In this document: positions 11,264-23,644 of the stretch, piece after piece | Position numbering within the stretch: the stretch's first letter is position 1 | Layout of the letters: each line of letters starts with the position of its first letter | From: Chiloscyllium plagiosum | Taxonomy: Eukaryota | Assembly: GCF_004010195.1 (NCBI RefSeq) | Contig: NC_057711.1 | Location: 68,949,257 to 69,006,292 of the forward strand | Length of the DNA: 57,036 nucleotides | Direction of reading: 5' to 3' | Notes under the pieces: generated by a model | Database searches by the model: none | What the model saw: only the letters and a program-made list of their open reading frames with translations | Told to the model about the DNA's origin: nothing | Translations under genes and position numbers: made by a program

Positions 11264-12179
11264 GTGGGTGAAGACGCCGCGATGCTGTATAATTAGCGGT
11301 AAACTCTTGACTGTCTATGGATATTTTTTGTCCACTCCCCTGTTGGGTGGGGTGGGAGGTTTGACTATTTTACAGATCTATCTTTGCAGTTTGAAAATAA
11401 GAGTTGTCTCGGGACTTCCCACAAACCCGGATTGTCGTTGGCGGCGCTTCTGGATGTTTGCATTATCACTTTGCATCGGAAACGCAGGGGCCAGCGGTTC
11501 CTCAGGCCCATATGAAAACGTGCTTCGCTGTAGATACAGTGGGTTGGCATTTTATATTGCCAATGCAAATAGAAAGTACGGAAAATACTTTGCCCATGCA
11601 GCATATATGGAGAGTCCGCCTTAGTACTTCACTCTGACCGAAGTTTTTTAAAAAATGTGTTAATTTCTAAATTTTACTTTTAGTTCACACAAAAGGTCAC
11701 TGAAATGGATCAGTAATTGCTTTTCTCTTCCTCACCTATCACCAGATCTGCTTACTGTTTCCATTTTCTGATTTTATTTAAAATTCTTAATATCCTCAGT
11801 ATTTTGGACTGTTACCCACAGAATCCATGAACTACATATTTACTTTGGTCTCTTTTTGTGTTGAACAAATACCTACAAATCTGGAAATTGAAAACCACCT
11901 GACTTCCTTTGGTTAAATAAAATATTTTCACTTTCCTTCCATTTTGTGTACTTAAGGATATAAATAGGTGTAGTTCTAGGTCAGTTGGCTTGGACATCGA
12001 ATATAACCAGAACCAAACTACATCAACTCCACTTTCCCACCCTATTCCTATACCCCTTTATTCCTTTCGTGACAGGTGATCTCGGTCTTATGGGTCAGAA
12101 TTTGTGAGCCTTTGGGGCAAGAGAATTTCAAAAATGTTCAATTCTCTGAGTACAATGAGGGAAAGATAGGCATTTAAGA

Positions 12180-12590
12180 GCATCCTATGGAACCTCAGAA
12201 CATCTGGTGGCATTTACAGCCACTGAAGTATTTCTGAAGTTTAGTAATTACTGTGCTGTCGCAGCTAGTTCCCATACATCAAAGATGCACAAACAGCAAT
12301 GGTGAACATAGTCAGATAAGTTGTTTCACTGAAGCTAATTGAACACTCGATATTGACCAACGTATCAGATAAAACTTCTTTGCTGTTCTTCAAAGTAATG
12401 CTTTGGCATCTTTGTGCACACCTAAGTGGGAAGGTGGCTCCTGGGTTTAATGTCTCATCTGAAAGATGACACCTCTGACAGAGCAGTGCTACCTTGACCA
12501 TAATTTTTGTGTTCCAAGCCGTGGATCACAATTTGATTCTGTCTTGTCTGACTACGGGAGAAGAGTGGTACCATCTCACCACGCAGATGC
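12180..12590 (-). mobile_element. Deu-domain SINE (SacSINE1/AmnSINE-like)
   Basis: The reverse complement contains GCACTGCTCTGTCAGAGGTGTCATCTTTCAGATGAGACATTAAACCCAGG, matching the Deu central domain as I recall it. Confidence 0.75.
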
Positions 12591-12959
12591 TTAGCCATTA
12601 AACTTGCAGAAAAGATTTTCCAAAGTACTCAGACTGAGCCCTGTACTTTCAATTCCCCACATATGTGAGAAAAAGAGAGAAAGAATGCTTTCATCTCTTC
12701 TACTTCTACAAAATTGAAATTTATTTTTCTAAGGATGAGCTGAATTGAACTCCATTCAAATGTTTTGGACGTTTTAGTTTAGTTTGGAGTAGAAAGTCGT
12801 ATTAAGAAGCCTCATGGCAGTCTTTCTTATACTCCACCCAATTTAAACATTGTGTGAATGTCATTCATCTGATAAAATCTTGCATTTTTGATCCAGTTGT
12901 TATTAAATGTCAGTTGACATATCTCTATTAAGATAAATAACTGAGTGGAAAATGATTTT

Positions 12960-13315
12960 TCTTTATTTTGTGGGTGTGAGCATTACTCATCCATAACTGC
13001 TGTGAATATGGTGGCGAGTCTCAATGCTGAACTGGTCTACATACACATAAAGTGCTGTTAAGGCATTCTGGGATTTTTAATGCTGTGACCATGTTGCAGT
13101 GGCGATATATTTCTCTGATAAAATGGTATGTGGGTTGAAGATGAACTTGCAGGTGGTGATCCCATGTGTTTGTAGCTCACTAGCTGGTAGAAGTCATGGG
13201 TTTGAACTGTGCTCTGAAGGTGGCATTGGTGAATGGCTGCAGTCATGAAGTAGATGATACCCACTGCTGCCACTTTGCACTAGACTTGATGATAGTAAAT
13301 ATTTGAGGGTGATTG
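12960..13315 (-). mobile_element. Degenerate 3' end of the CR1-clade LINE seen at 49735
   Basis: GAACTTGCAGGTGGTGATCCCATGTG...TAGAAGTCATGGGTTTG is homologous to 49960-50040. Confidence 0.55.
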
Positions 13316-13339
13316 GATCGCTGATCGAGCCCTCTACTG

Positions 13340-13815
13340 GATCTACTCTATCGTCACCAAAACCTGAACCTCTCTAACATTGCTCAAATCTGCTAAAGCT
13401 CTTACCTTTGCCTTTGTTGCTTTCATTCTGGCCTTCCATCTTCCATTCTATATAAACATGAGAATGTCCAAAACTTTACTGTCCACATATCACATCACTC
13501 TGAGACCTCTTCATTCACTATCCCTATACACACTTATATTGGCTTTGACTCAGCAGTTCGTTTTAACAGTTTTCATCCCCACTTTTCACCTCTCCCTGTT
13601 ACCTCCTTCAGTCCAACAAATATCTGAAATCTGTGCGTCTCCAATTCTGGCCTCTTGAGAATCTATGATTTTACTCATTATACGTGTATGTTCAGATACT
13701 TAGCTCTAGAATTACCTGCTGCTGCTCAAATCTCTGAACTTCTCCACCCATCTCTGCTGATTTTTCTTTTAGGGGACTCCCAAATCTCATCTTGACCAAG
13801 CTTTTAGTCATCTGA
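13340..13815 (+). mobile_element. L2-type LINE 3' fragment
   Basis: CTGCTAAAGCTCTTACCTTTGCCTTTGTT...CTCCAATTCTGGCCTCTTG...CTTGACCAAGCTTTTAGTCA; homologous to 41400-41830. Confidence 0.65.
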
Positions 13816-14715
13816 TCTAGCACATGGAGATAATGTGCTGAACTTGTTCATCTCAACTAAACACTTATAAATTGAACCTGCAAAGGTCCCTTAATCTTGA
13901 GACTTCCTATACTTTCATGTAGCTGAAGCTTTATTTCTTGGCAGAGTTTTTCAGGCTTGCAACCTTTTATTTAGTATTTTTACCAATTATATAACAGTTA
14001 AAATAACAATAGACTAAGATACTGAAAATCAGAAATAAAAGTACATACAGTGCAATGAACAGATTTGTCAACATCTGTAAGGAGAAAGAACACAATATTT
14101 TAAAACATTTATTCTGTTTCTTCTCTTTGCAGATGCTGAGAGACCTGTTATGTATTTCAAGGAATTTTCTACAAGTCGCCCCATTGCAAAGGAATTTACA
14201 TTCTCGTTAGGAAACAAATGGAAGATTTTAACACATGACTATTAGTCAGATATCTCCTTCAAATATTTTTGTTTATGATTTGTCTGTCCCACCAAGTTTC
14301 TGATCTCTTACCTTTTCTTCTTTGCCTAATTTTTCAGCATACCGACTTACTTATACCATTAGTAGATTGCTACAGAAACTTATTTGCCGGTAACATCAGA
14401 ATTGTTTCCCAACATTTGTTTAATCAGTTAACCAGTCTTCTTTCATTTTTTTTTAATGTGATGGTTGCAAAGTTTGTTGACTCCATTCAAAGCATGCAAT
14501 TTAGGTGGATACAAGTGAATTAATGACTGGGTGCTGCAGTACTGGGTATAGTTGGTATTAACCTAATTCTGTGTCACCTTTGCTGAATTAATTTTTGGTA
14601 AAGTTTCTTCAATAACTTTGCTATCTTCGCACTTTTACTTCTGAGCAAAGCTTATAGCCCAAGGAAGGATTTCCTGTGTACAATTCAGGGTCATGTTTTA
14701 GGTATATTCAGGGGA

Positions 14716-14903
14716 CAGTCAGTTCTACTATAATTTGTGGTATAAGAAAATCATGTAATAGCACCATTTAGAGTAATGGGGACAATTCGCATTATAACCA
14801 ATACACGCTTTAAAACTTTGTGTTTTAGAAGCGGTGTCCTCACTTCATCAATCGTGTTTTTGCAAATTAGTGGTAATGAAAGGTATGTTATAACTGAAGG
14901 ACT
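14716..14903. mobile_element. Tc1/mariner (Tigger-like) MITE, degenerate
   Basis: Begins CAGTCAGTTCTACTATAA, the reverse complement of the TIR at 42041-42058. Internal similarity to 41848-42058 (TATAAGAAAAT...CCATTT...TAATGGG). Confidence 0.7.
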
Positions 14904-15084
14904 TAGACTAAAAGTATCAATAAACCTATAGAGGGAGAAAGTTCTGAGAATCACTTCTTAGGTTACTCCATAATATGGACATTTGACAGTGATGATAAAT
15001 TAGCCAAATACTGATACAATCTAACATAATTATCTTCTTGGTCAAAGTTATCTTTGCATTCTGTACTACACTTTTAAACTCACC

Positions 15085-15880
15085 AACAGCTTGAATTTAT
15101 ATAGCACCTATGTATTTTGATATCGTACTTGGTGAAGTACCTCACAGGGAAAAGTGAGGGATAGGACAATCATAAATTTCAGGTGTGGGTTTGAAGGATG
15201 ACTTTGAAGAGCTGGCCTGGAAGCCACTGGAGTAGTTAAATCTTTATTGACAAACGAATGACTTGACTTTTATTTTATCAGGAGATAGGTCAAGATGTGA
15301 AGGCACATGACGCTGTGGAAGTAGCTTATCTACGCATTGTGGAGAATGTGGGATCAAATTATGAATTGGGATTTCAATAGGATGTCAAAATTATGGACTT
15401 GCCTGGTTCAACTTGAATTTGAATCAGGTTGCTAAGGAAAGGAATGGAATTAATGGACAAATCTCTCTCTTGACGTTGTGACTTTGGCTGATAATTTGAT
15501 AACATTTATCCTGAGGAAAATATTTGGTTCATCCAAGACTGGATATCAGATAAGTCATCTTGAGTATGTAGTAGCAATGGTGGAGTAGAGTGAGCAGGCA
15601 GGAGCTGTGTTCTGTGTACTTTTTAAAGTTGGCTCCATGTCTTCTGATGTCACAAAGGGGCAATGTGTGATGAGGAAAAAGGAGTGGACCAAGATTAGGT
15701 CTTTCGCGACTCTGGTTCAGAATTGAAGAGAAGGTTTTGCTGGAGAAACTCTGGCTACGTGTTAATTGGTGTGTTAGAGCCAAGAAGTGGTAGTGACAAT
15801 GCGTCGGTCAACAGAGAAAGGTTTTAGAGGATGACATTATAATTGAGTGTGGCAAAGGTCATAGAAAATTGAGCAAGGAT
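15085..15880 (-). mobile_element. Old L2-type LINE fragment
   Basis: AGCTTGAATTTATATAGCACCT tail motif and purine-rich antisense RT remnants (GAGGAAAAAGGAGTGGACCAAGATTAGGTC). Confidence 0.5.
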
Positions 15881-15884
15881 GAAT

Positions 15885-16928
15885 ACTACATGAGGTGAGT
15901 TACTGGCATGGATTGAGGATTAGCTGTCTGACAGAAGGCAGAGAATTGGGATAAGAGGTTCTTTTTCGGAATGGCAGCTGTGACAAACCTGCAGGGTTCA
16001 GTTGTTCACTTTGTATATTAATGATCTGGATGAAGGGACTGGGGGCATTCTGGCAAAGTTTGCCAATGATACAAAGTTAGGCAGACAGGCAGGTAGTACT
16101 GAGGAGGTGGGGAGGCTGCAGAAAGATTTAGGCAGTTTAGGAGAGTTGTCTGGAAATGGCTGACGAAATTCAACATGAAGAATAAGGCAAGGACTATTTT
16201 CTAAACGGAGAGAAAATTCATAAAGCCAAAGTACGAAGGGATCTGGGAGTGCTAGTCCAGGATTCTTGAAAGGTTAACTTGCAAGTTGAGTCCGTGATTA
16301 AGAAAGCGAATGTAATGTTGTCATTTATGTCAAGAGGGTTGGAATATAAAAGCACAGATGTGCTCCTGAGACTTTATAAAGCTCGAGTTAGGCCCCATTT
16401 AGAATTCTGTGTCCAATTTTTGGCTCTACATCTCAGGAACGACATTCTGGCACTGGAGCGTGTCCAGCAGAATTTCACACGGATGATCCACGGAATTGTC
16501 GGCCTAACATATGATGAACGGCTGAGGATCCTGGGATTATATTCATTAGAGTTTAGAAGGTTGAGGGGAGATCTAGTAGAAACTTACAAGATAATGCATG
16601 GCTTAGGAAGGGTGAACATTGGGAAGTTGTTTCCGTTAGGTGAGCAGAGCCTTGGAATTAGATGGGGTCAATTTAAATGGAAATGAGACATTTCTTCAGC
16701 CAGAGAGTGGTGAGCCTGTGGAATTCATTGCCACTCAGCACAGTGGAGGCTGGGACATTATCAATCTCTGCTTGAAGAAATTTAAATTCTTGATCTCGCA
16801 AGGTATTAAGGGCTATGGGGAGAGTGCGGGTAAATGGAGTTGAAATGCCCATCAGCCATGATTAAATTGTGGAGTGGACTCGATGGGCCAAATGGCCTTA
16901 CTTCCACTCCTATGTCTTATTGTCTTAC
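15885..16928 (+). mobile_element. CR1 LINE (related to 2770-3848)
   Basis: ORF 16279-16686 reads SRGLEYKSTDVLLRLYKARVRPHLEFCVQF...RRLRGDLVETYKIM; tail CCTATGTCTTATTGTCTT. Confidence 0.92.
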
Positions 16929-17707
16929 ACCACAGTCAGAGTAAAATCTCATGTAATTTGAGACACTCAGGGCCATTTTAGTGTGACAACAGAAATCTGA
17001 TAAGAGGTGTACTTGTAGGAAAATTAGGCATGAATTAAGGGAATGGTCAAGCATTCATAATAAGGCTGAGTTTTTTTTTCCAGGTGTAAGTGGTGATTAG
17101 TATGTTGAAAAGGGGGGGAAATACCTGAGGGAAAATAATAATTTACAATGCTAGTTAGTATGGTACCCATTTATAAGTAAATATCAGATGATTTCCAGTT
17201 GCCATGAAAAATGAGACCCCTGACATATTATGACAGTCACTTGTTTTCAGAATTGGTGAGCCAAATCTGAGAGAATGTAATGAGGCTGTGCTAACTGGCA
17301 TACATGGTCTTTGACTTAGCTATACAAGGTATCTGGTGAGTTTATGGTCTTCTGAATAACTATTGTGTGAGCAAGTACTCCAAGTCAGAATATAGCAATT
17401 GTGATTTGAGCATAGGATCTGAAAGTATTTACACAAGCATTTACCTTTTATTCTATGCACTCTGTATTAATGAGATCATCATCCAAGTGTTTCACTGATT
17501 CAGAAAATTTTTGAATAGAATTTTTTTTTACAGAAACCTGGAAGTTTTAGATGGAAAGGAGAATTGGGTGGTTTCTGAAAGTGTGTTTTACCACTCTTTT
17601 GGTGTTGAAACTTCCAATCATAAGCGTAAAGCAGGCTTTTGGGTCATTTTAATTCATGAGAAATGACGAAGTATGCTCACTCATTAGCGACACAGATACT
17701 AACTTAG

Positions 17708-18062
17708 AGATGGGCAATAGCATAATTGTATTATTGGAAGACTATTAATCCAAAAACCCAGGTAATGTCCTGAGGACCTGGGTTTGAATCCTGCCATAGC
17801 AGATGGTAGAATTTGAATTGAATAATAATCTGGAAATAAGAGTCCAATGATGACCATCGGACCATTGCCTCTTGACAAGAAAAACACATCTGGTTCACTC
17901 ATGTCCTTTAGGGAAGAGAATCTGCCATTGTTACCTGGTCTGGCCTACATGTGACTCCAAATCCATGTCAATACAATTGATTCTTAACTACCATCTGGGC
18001 ATTGGGAATGGGCAAGAAATGCTGGCTCAGCCAGTGATACCCACATCCCATCAATGAATTTT
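17708..18062 (+). mobile_element. tRNA-derived SINE, near full length
   Basis: B-box-like GGGTTTGAATCCTGCC near 17780, a central body, and a 3' tail GAAATGCTGGCTCAGCCAGTGATACCCACATCCCATCAATGAAT shared with the LINE at 49735. Confidence 0.8.
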
Positions 18063-18183
18063 CAAAAGTAAAGATGGATTCTTCACTTTTGAAAAGAATC
18101 GCTCCATCATAATCGTCTCTTTTTTTTTATAAAGTAACTTTCCAGAAGCATAATTAAGCAGTAGTTAATTTTTTTTTGTGCAG

Positions 18184-18229
18184 AAATCATAGAAGCTTAC
18201 TTGGCCTTCATTGGCCACCTTGAATCATG
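18184..18229 (+). other. Candidate 46-nt internal exon ending in ATG
   Basis: Acceptor TTAATTTTTTTTTGTGCAG| and consensus donor ATG|GTAAGT in unique sequence, on the same strand as the putative first exon. Confidence 0.5.
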
Positions 18230-19032
18230 GTAAGTTGTCCATATGCAGCTTTTATCTTTAAAGTTTAGAATACAACATAAATTCTCTCCATAAAATTGCA
18301 GGTATGTGACATCAGCCTGACACTGGACAGGAGTTACGCCAAAAAGGAACAAAGTTGGCATTGTCATTTTCTACCAGAAGTAAGATCAGAATTTGTGAGC
18401 TGGGTGCCTAGCAGTTGGACAATGATGGAGGATCACTTTTTTTAAGAAAAGTTGTTGGATAATCCGTTAAATGCCTTCATGATTAATAGATTTCAAAATG
18501 CACAGCGCAATTCTATCAAATTGTTACGGACTTTTAAGAGATTGTATTAAAATTTTGATTCATTTGAGGTCCCAGGATCAGTATTAGCATTTAAATTGGA
18601 ACTTGTACTAAGGTTTCTGAGATGGATTGGCCTTTGGTTCTAATTGGTAGACCTTCTTGAGTGTTCTTGTTGTATTCCGTCTCTACCTTGAAAACGAACG
18701 ATGGAGAAACAGTCCCTCCCTTCAGCCAAAGTGGAACAAAATAAAAAATGGTTGGTGTTGCAAAGATCAGATGATCCAGTGAATGCGACATCTTGACAGT
18801 AATCCAGTGAGTGTCGATACAGTGGAATTCTTAACATCAGACAAAATGGGGATGGAAGTACCTTGAGCACTGTTCTTTCCTCAACTATTTTCCAATGTGA
18901 CCCTAATATAGACATAGAGTCAGAGATAATGATTGAAAATTAACATGACCCTGTTAGGTTCCCTTCTTGAAATTCTTACAAGGTTGATGTAACTGCAGAT
19001 GTAACCTCTGTGAACAGCCATGATTTATTTCA

Positions 19033-19532
19033 NNNNNNNNNNNNNNNNNNNNNNNNNNNNNNNNNNNNNNNNNNNNNNNNNNNNNNNNNNNNNNNNNNNN
19101 NNNNNNNNNNNNNNNNNNNNNNNNNNNNNNNNNNNNNNNNNNNNNNNNNNNNNNNNNNNNNNNNNNNNNNNNNNNNNNNNNNNNNNNNNNNNNNNNNNNN
19201 NNNNNNNNNNNNNNNNNNNNNNNNNNNNNNNNNNNNNNNNNNNNNNNNNNNNNNNNNNNNNNNNNNNNNNNNNNNNNNNNNNNNNNNNNNNNNNNNNNNN
19301 NNNNNNNNNNNNNNNNNNNNNNNNNNNNNNNNNNNNNNNNNNNNNNNNNNNNNNNNNNNNNNNNNNNNNNNNNNNNNNNNNNNNNNNNNNNNNNNNNNNN
19401 NNNNNNNNNNNNNNNNNNNNNNNNNNNNNNNNNNNNNNNNNNNNNNNNNNNNNNNNNNNNNNNNNNNNNNNNNNNNNNNNNNNNNNNNNNNNNNNNNNNN
19501 NNNNNNNNNNNNNNNNNNNNNNNNNNNNNNNN
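19033..19532. other. Assembly gap (500 N)
   Basis: Run of N. Confidence 1.
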
Positions 19533-20480
19533 TTCAGTCCAACTTGCCCATGCCAACTAGATATCTTAAATTAATCTCATCCCATTTGCCAGTGTTTTGG
19601 ACCAGACCAGACCTTGCCCCCGACCCCCCAAATATTTTAAAAAGGTAGCCTAGACCCTAATATTTTCTTATTTTAAAGACAGACGTGAAGTGGATTTTCC
19701 AGGTGGGATGTAACTGGTCTAACTATTCAGCTTTAAACATAACAGAATTTATTTAAACACTACACTTGAAACACCAACAAAAGAAAATGGAAGTTAGGGT
19801 AACTATTGGAAAACTTAATTGACTTGATACAGTAACTATTACTAATGAACTGTTCCAATATGGTAACATCCCATAAAGACATCCCTTGATAAATAGGTAA
19901 ATTCAAACACGCATTCTTATAGGCAGGCGCGAGCAACATAGAGAGATCTCAGAAGAAAGTCACAAGTTCTCTACTGAAACTTGCAACTCCCCTGGACACT
20001 CATCTTGTGACTGTTACAGCTAAAAACAAACTAGAAAAACTCTGTACTGGGAGAACTGGCCACTCCCCTTCCAATGATGAACTGTTAATGCCGAGACTTT
20101 CCAGCACCTCTATCTTTACAATTGCTCTTGAAACAAACTAGGCCAAAGAAACCACCAACATTTGGTCCAAATTCTTCTAAACCCGTCCTATTCATATATT
20201 GATCCAAATGCCTTTTAAATGTTGTAATTGTACCTGTCTCCACCACCACCTCTGTCAACTTGTTCTATACACCCATCCTCTGCCTGAAAAGGTTGCTCCT
20301 TGGGTCCCCTTTAAGTCTTTCACCTCAAACGTTTGCGCTCTAGTTTTGGACTGCCACTACCCCTGGGAAAAGACCTTGACTGTTCATCCTATCCATGCCC
20401 CTCTTGATTTTATAAACCTTTATAAGGTCACCCCTCAGCCTCTGAAACACTGGGGTGGGAGAGGGGGGAGGAGAAGCCCT
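19533..20480 (-). mobile_element. HER1-type CR1 3' end, interrupted by a solo LTR
   Basis: 19533-19592 and 20155-20480 join into the same 3' end seen at 4850-5200 (CCCATTTGCCAG|CATTTGGTCC...GATCCAAATGCCTTTTAAATG). Confidence 0.85.
19593..20154. mobile_element. Solo LTR, about 562 bp
   Basis: Starts TG (TGTTTTGGACC) and ends CA, flanked by CCAG (19589-19592) and CCAA (20155-20158), an imperfect 4-bp TSD. It cleanly interrupts a LINE. Confidence 0.7.
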
Positions 20481-20670
20481 AGTTGGTGTAATTAATGAAC
20501 TGTTTTTACTAAAGAGAAGTTTGTGTGCAAATAAATAGTTGGGCTTCCTAGAGAAAGAGTCTGGTAGTTTATATTTACCTTTGCTTATAAATTACACTCC
20601 CTCCACTATTACCCCTTGCTTCAGTGGCAGAGCTTTTATCCCTGTGTGATGGTCTTTTATTTGTTTGTAG

Positions 20671-20805
20671 GCAATATATGAGAGATTCCAACAAAACTTA
20701 GCATATAGAAAGGATTTGGCTGGACAAAAAACAGACTAGCTCTTACTGCTGATATGGATCACGCTACTGAAAGTTTTGAAAAGATCTGTTAACTTTGCGA
20801 GACAG
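20671..20805 (+). other. Weak candidate non-coding exon
   Basis: Good acceptor CTTTTATTTGTTTGTAG| and weak donor CAG|GTTGAA; stops in all three frames. Confidence 0.2.
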
Positions 20806-23560
20806 GTTGAATTGGTTTTTAAAGAATGTTGTGGGTTTTAATTTGAATTTTTTTGATTTGGAATGTTGGGGATTGTCTCAGCTGCTGTTGTGTAATTTGT
20901 CACAGCTTTTAAACTGTGAGCTGATTTTTCAGAGCCAAATTTAAGACTAGGACTGGCTAGTACTCTCTTCAGTGAGGTGAAAGCTCTTAATATGTTTCAG
21001 TTTTTTTTTTGTCAAGTTTGTAGTGTCAAGGAAAAAGCCTTGAGGAAAAGCTGCATAATTGTAATAAAATTGAGTTATAACCTCTAGAGCAGAAGTGAAA
21101 TCCTCCATTGAGTGCCCTTGTGTTTCATTACTTTCTAAAGTTTGATTGTGCTTTTAAACTATTTAAGGAGAGGCAGATGGTGGATGTTAGCTGAGGTTTG
21201 AGTTGGACACCTATAAATAGATACTGATTTAAACTGCGGTTGTTTGGATTAAAAGGGGCTTGCTTATAATCTGTAAATAAATACTTATTAAAGTGTAAAA
21301 AGGTTGGCTTCAATTATTAGCCTTGGTGGAATATGACCATAAGAGGGTGAGCACAGGAGATTTTCCTACTTGAGAACTGTCAAGCTCCAGCACTGTTGAC
21401 CCATTGCCCTAAGGCCATTCTATGCTATTAAAACTTGAGACCATCCCTGTGCTACTAAATATGAGATCTACTATGACAGTGTTTACTGTTGTCTCTGACT
21501 ATGTTTATCTCAGTTTGAAATGCCTTTTGAAAAATTACTGACATTTGTAGTTTGTCTTGTATTCTAAACACGTTGAAAACACAAACTGTTAAATAATTTG
21601 ACATTTATACAGAAAGTGTATAAACTGTTATCGAGTCAGTTTGCCATCTATATCTGTTTATTTTGCTGTTTTGCTTTCAAACAAAATAAACCATACTTTT
21701 ACTAATTTGTTTGGAATAAAGCATTACAAGTTTTTCTAACTTTGTACCAAAAATGCACAATACACCAGGTCACGACTATAGGCATTAACATTGTCCAGCA
21801 ATTTAATACAAATAGAGAAATACAGGTGGAATAGGATGGGGTACTTGGAAGATTTAGAAGATGTTAAAGGATGAAGGCCATAATGACACCATACTGGTAT
21901 GGACAGGATGTGTGGTGGAAAGCATAGACATATGTGGAGACTTTGGTGAGAGCGTCAGGGTTATCACCAATTTCAAAGCCTTTGCTCCAGTTAATGGACA
22001 TTCTGGTGGGAAATGGGGGCAACAATTTGTTGACCTGCTGACAGGGTTTGAGATTTTGGATTGTGCAATGTGGGTAGAAATCACTGAGTGAGCTTCCAGC
22101 AGGATGTGGAGTAGTTGATTAGGGAAGGGGAAAGGGGATGCTGTTGCTGGTAATTCACCACTGATTCTGTGTATTGCTCCTTACCATAAATGGAGACACA
22201 AGCAAAAAGCTTGTTCAAAGACAATTCAAGCTTAAAATGGTGGTAGTGATAGGAAGGTAGGAGTATTTCTGTGAAATGCGTTGTTTTATGACATACAGGA
22301 CAATGGTCAAAATCTAAAATGTATTTCTCAGAGCTTCAGTGCTGACTTAGACATAGTCTATGTTTTCTGGTGATGGATTTTTAGTTTGCTATATTGGAGG
22401 GCTACTTGATTGATCCATTTTTTGTCTCCTTAAGGTATGTGTTGAATGCATTTTACTGGTACTGTTTTCAAATATTTGGTTATTCTAGCCAGTTATAACT
22501 AACACAGAAGGGACTTCCTCAAATGGACCTTGCATCCTCAACTGAGTGATAACTTTCAATCTGTAAGACATCCGAAAATATTCCGCATCAAATGTTTTCA
22601 TTTTAGTTGGATCTTAGTGTCTGAATAACTTAAGTTTAGAAATGATAGATTTACCTTTCAGTTGTTTTGTAGTAATATACACGTGTGTATGTTCATATGT
22701 ATATTTAACTTGCAGTATCAACTGAGAATTGCATAGCCTTACATATAACAGTTCAACTATATTCAATTCAGAATCCGAAAGTGTTTTACTTTGAAAATAT
22801 TAAGTGCATATTGTTCCTATGATTGACGTGTAGTATTAGCTGGGCACAGCATATTTACATATGAATAGGAATCTGGGACAAAATTCATTTCTGGTATTCT
22901 GAGAATTCAGGGTACATGAAGGATGCTGTATTTGATTGTTAGAAAGTATTAGTGACATTCTATTCTTCCCAGTTTTAAGGGGGTGGATTATTGCAGTGTT
23001 CAATAATTCACTTGAAAGTGGTTCAGGGTCACGAGAGAAGAGTACAGACAGCTGGAAAAGGCAGTGAGTATAGGAGACAAAAAATGTTCAGCTGTAGACT
23101 CCATTTTAGGGGTACTGTAGTTAGCTATGACATTGGGAATGTAGCTGAACTTCATTCTACCTAGACGACTTCTGTGAGGTGTCAACAGTAGTTGCTATTA
23201 GAATGCAGGAAGGTGTCCTGAAAATTAGTAGCAGCTAAGTTAGGGCTTGGAGTTCTTGGACAGATGTGAAAGTAAGTGTTTGCTTACTCTGTTGAAGGGT
23301 GAAGGACTCTGAAGTAGTCTATGAGCATCAGTACTTCAGTGCAGTTGAGAAGCTTGTGGCCATATTTGTTTGATGCAACTGAGTAAGGTTGGAACTTGGT
23401 GTGGATGGGAGCAGGAGAAGGGGGAGTGTTACTGTTGAAGGACTGGAATTGTGCTTGTCAGGGTCTAAGGGAGTGTAGATACAGAGAGAGGCTGATTGAC
23501 TAGACTGAGGCAGCCCATGATGCAGCAAATAAAATGAAGAATTTTGAACCCTTATAAAGT

Positions 23561-23644
23561 TATAGAATCATAGAGATGTACAGCACGGAAACAGACCCTT
23601 TGGTCCAACCCGTCCATGCCGATCTGATATCCCAATCCAATCTA
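23561..23644 (-). mobile_element. Very short 5'-truncated HER1 3' tip
   Basis: TAGAATCATAGAGATGTACAGCACGGAAACAGACCCTTTGGTCCAACCCGTCCATGCCG is near-identical to 4808-4866. Confidence 0.9.

Larger units (their letters stand above)
11000..11550 (+). promoter_or_regulatory. CpG-island-like promoter
   Basis: The only strongly CpG-rich non-repeat segment in the window. It has an NRF1-like CCGCATGCGT (~11031-11040), a YY1/Kozak-like AACATGGC (11201-11208) and a downstream splice donor. Confidence 0.8.

Noticed and set aside
11250..11624. 124-aa ORF MSTMRWVKTP... and other overlapping ORFs in the CpG island
   Set aside because: It reads through the splice donor into intron-like sequence and resembles no protein I know; GC-rich islands generate spurious ORFs.
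14338..14390. Possible exon (HTDLLIPLVDCYRNLFA) linking exon 1 to 18184 in frame
   Set aside because: The donor is weak (CCG|GTAACA), the peptide is unrecognised, and the chain ends in a stop soon after.
17708..17800. tRNA gene
   Set aside because: Only a B-box-like motif is present with no cloverleaf; it is the head of a SINE.
18954..19648. Long ORFs of 184-212 aa
   Set aside because: They are artefacts of translating through the 500-N gap.
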